From NCBI GenBank assembly GCA_964016885.1, contig OZ024743.1:150102001-150166000 (forward strand): a stretch of DNA of 64,000 bases, in the 5' to 3' direction. Below the pieces are notes generated by a model. It was not told where the DNA came from. It ran no database searches and worked only from the letters and a program-made list of their open reading frames with translations. This stretch comes from Eledone cirrhosa (taxonomy: Eukaryota). Below, one piece after another: positions 62,417-64,000 of this stretch. Both the position numbers and the translations under genes were made by a program. Numbering within the stretch: position 1 is the first letter of the stretch; every line of letters begins with the position of its first letter.

Positions 62417-62567
62417 AATAAACGAAGCTAAATTTTAATCATTTGACTTTTATTTAACTTTATTTTACACTACTCCGGAGTAACCAAACGAACCTGCGCA
62501 CTTCTTCGAGTGCTCCAGCCTGCATACTGAGGTGTTGGTATACAACCAACATAAACTCAAAATCTAT

Positions 62568-62947
62568 AAATATATATATATATAAACATATATATATAAA
62601 CATATATATATAAACATATATATATAAACATATATATATATAAACATATATATATAAACATATATATATATATAAACATATATATATAAACATATATATA
62701 TAAACATATATATATAAACATATATATATAAACATGTATATATAAACATATATATATATACACATATATATATACACATATATATATACATATATATATA
62801 TATAAATATATATATATATAAACATATGTATATATAAACATATATATATAAACATATATATATAAACATATATATATAAACATATATATATATACATATA
62901 TATATACATATATATATACATATATATATACATATATATATATATAC

Positions 62948-62994
<47 letters not shown>

Positions 62995-63016
62995 CATATA
63001 TATATACCTATATATA
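62568..63016. repeat. (TA)n microsatellite with AAAC/CATA interruptions
   Basis: Seen directly. Confidence 0.95.
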
Positions 63017-63676
63017 TTACTCTTTTACTCTTTTACTCTTTTACCTGTTTCAGCCATCCGGCTGAGGCCATGCTGGGGCACCGCCCTTGTTGCTACACAT
63101 TTTATCTCCAGCCTGTATAGGTTGGCCACTGGTGTAGGAGGGAGTTTGTTGCTGCTGCCCTTAGGTTTCCCTCGTGTCTTGCTGTGGGCTCATCCGGGAT
63201 CCTGGATAACAAGGTGTCGAGATGTTTCTTAAAGACATCCACCTCCATGTCATGCAAGTCTCTCAGATGCCTCGGCAGCCTGTTGAAGAGTTGAGGGCCT
63301 TTGAATCCCAGGCTATTGCAATACCTGCTCCTTATTCTAGATGTGGAAGACGGGACCTTTGGCACCACACAGTGACGTCCTGTTCGACGGTTGGTCCAGC
63401 TCCCAATGCCAAAGTTTGGTGCTAGTCCCTCCAGGATTTTCCACATGTAGATCACTGCGTATCTCTCCCGTCTTCGCTCCAAGGAGTAGAGGTTCAGTTC
63501 CTTCAGCCTCTCCCAGTAGCTTGTCTCCCTCATCTTGGCAATCCTCTTGGTGTAGCTTCGCTGGATTGCCTCAAGTTCCGTGGTTAGTTTGACACTATGG
63601 GGTGACCACAGCTGGGAGCAGTAGTCCAGGCGGCTTAGGACAAAAGTCCTCCACAGTGTCAACATGGTGTCTCTTT
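63017..63676 (-). mobile_element. Young 5'-truncated CR1-like LINE (ORF2 C-terminus, 3'UTR and 8-bp repeat tail)
   Basis: Uninterrupted 187-aa ORF 63102-63665 with [44 protein letters not shown] and GPQLFNRLP; tail (GTAAAAGA)n; flanked by (TA)n. Confidence 0.9.
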
Positions 63677-64000
63677 ATAAATATATGTATATATATATAT
63701 ATATATCTTTATACATATATGTATATACATATCTTTATACATATATGTATATACATATATATACATATCTTTATACATATATATATATATATATATATAT
63801 CTTTATACATATATATATATATATATATATATCTTTATACAAATATATATATAAATATCTTTATACATATATATATATATATCTTTATATATATATATCT
63901 TTATACATATATGTATATATATATATATGTATATACATATATATATATACATATACATATATATATATATATACATATATATACATATATATATATACAT
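63677..64000. repeat. (TA)n microsatellite with TCTT interruptions
   Basis: Seen directly; runs off the window end. Confidence 0.95.

Larger units (their letters stand above)
62117..62567. mobile_element. Penelope-like inverted (palindromic) insertion with 167-bp arms, each carrying a hammerhead
   Basis: Arms 62117-62283 and 62301-62467 with 2 mismatches; 17-nt spacer; unique extension 62468-62567; embedded in (TA)n. Confidence 0.85.

Overview
Very AT-rich eukaryotic DNA, most likely a cephalopod (Octopus-type) genome, inferred from recalled SINE/LINE families and kilobase-scale (TA)n tracts. No prokaryotic genes, operons or CRISPR; nearly all ORF-track entries are (YI)n microsatellite artefacts. 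The window appears to be mostly intron of one + strand C2H2 zinc-finger gene resembling the rotund/Lin-29/ZNF362-ZNF384 family. There is one clear exon (51498-51682) and a series of short candidate frame-preserving phase-1 cassette exons upstream (15, 84, 30, 27 and 39 nt); one has recursive-splice-site architecture. The introns hold tRNA-derived SINEs, CR1-like, RTE, CRE and Gypsy fragments, TTAA MITEs and a 33-bp minisatellite. They also hold several Penelope-type hammerhead ribozyme (HHR) elements, two of them in inverted arrangements, and two inverted copies of a bipartite RTE-derived element carrying a single-zinc-finger mini-ORF. All family assignments come from motif recognition by eye; no database search was run.
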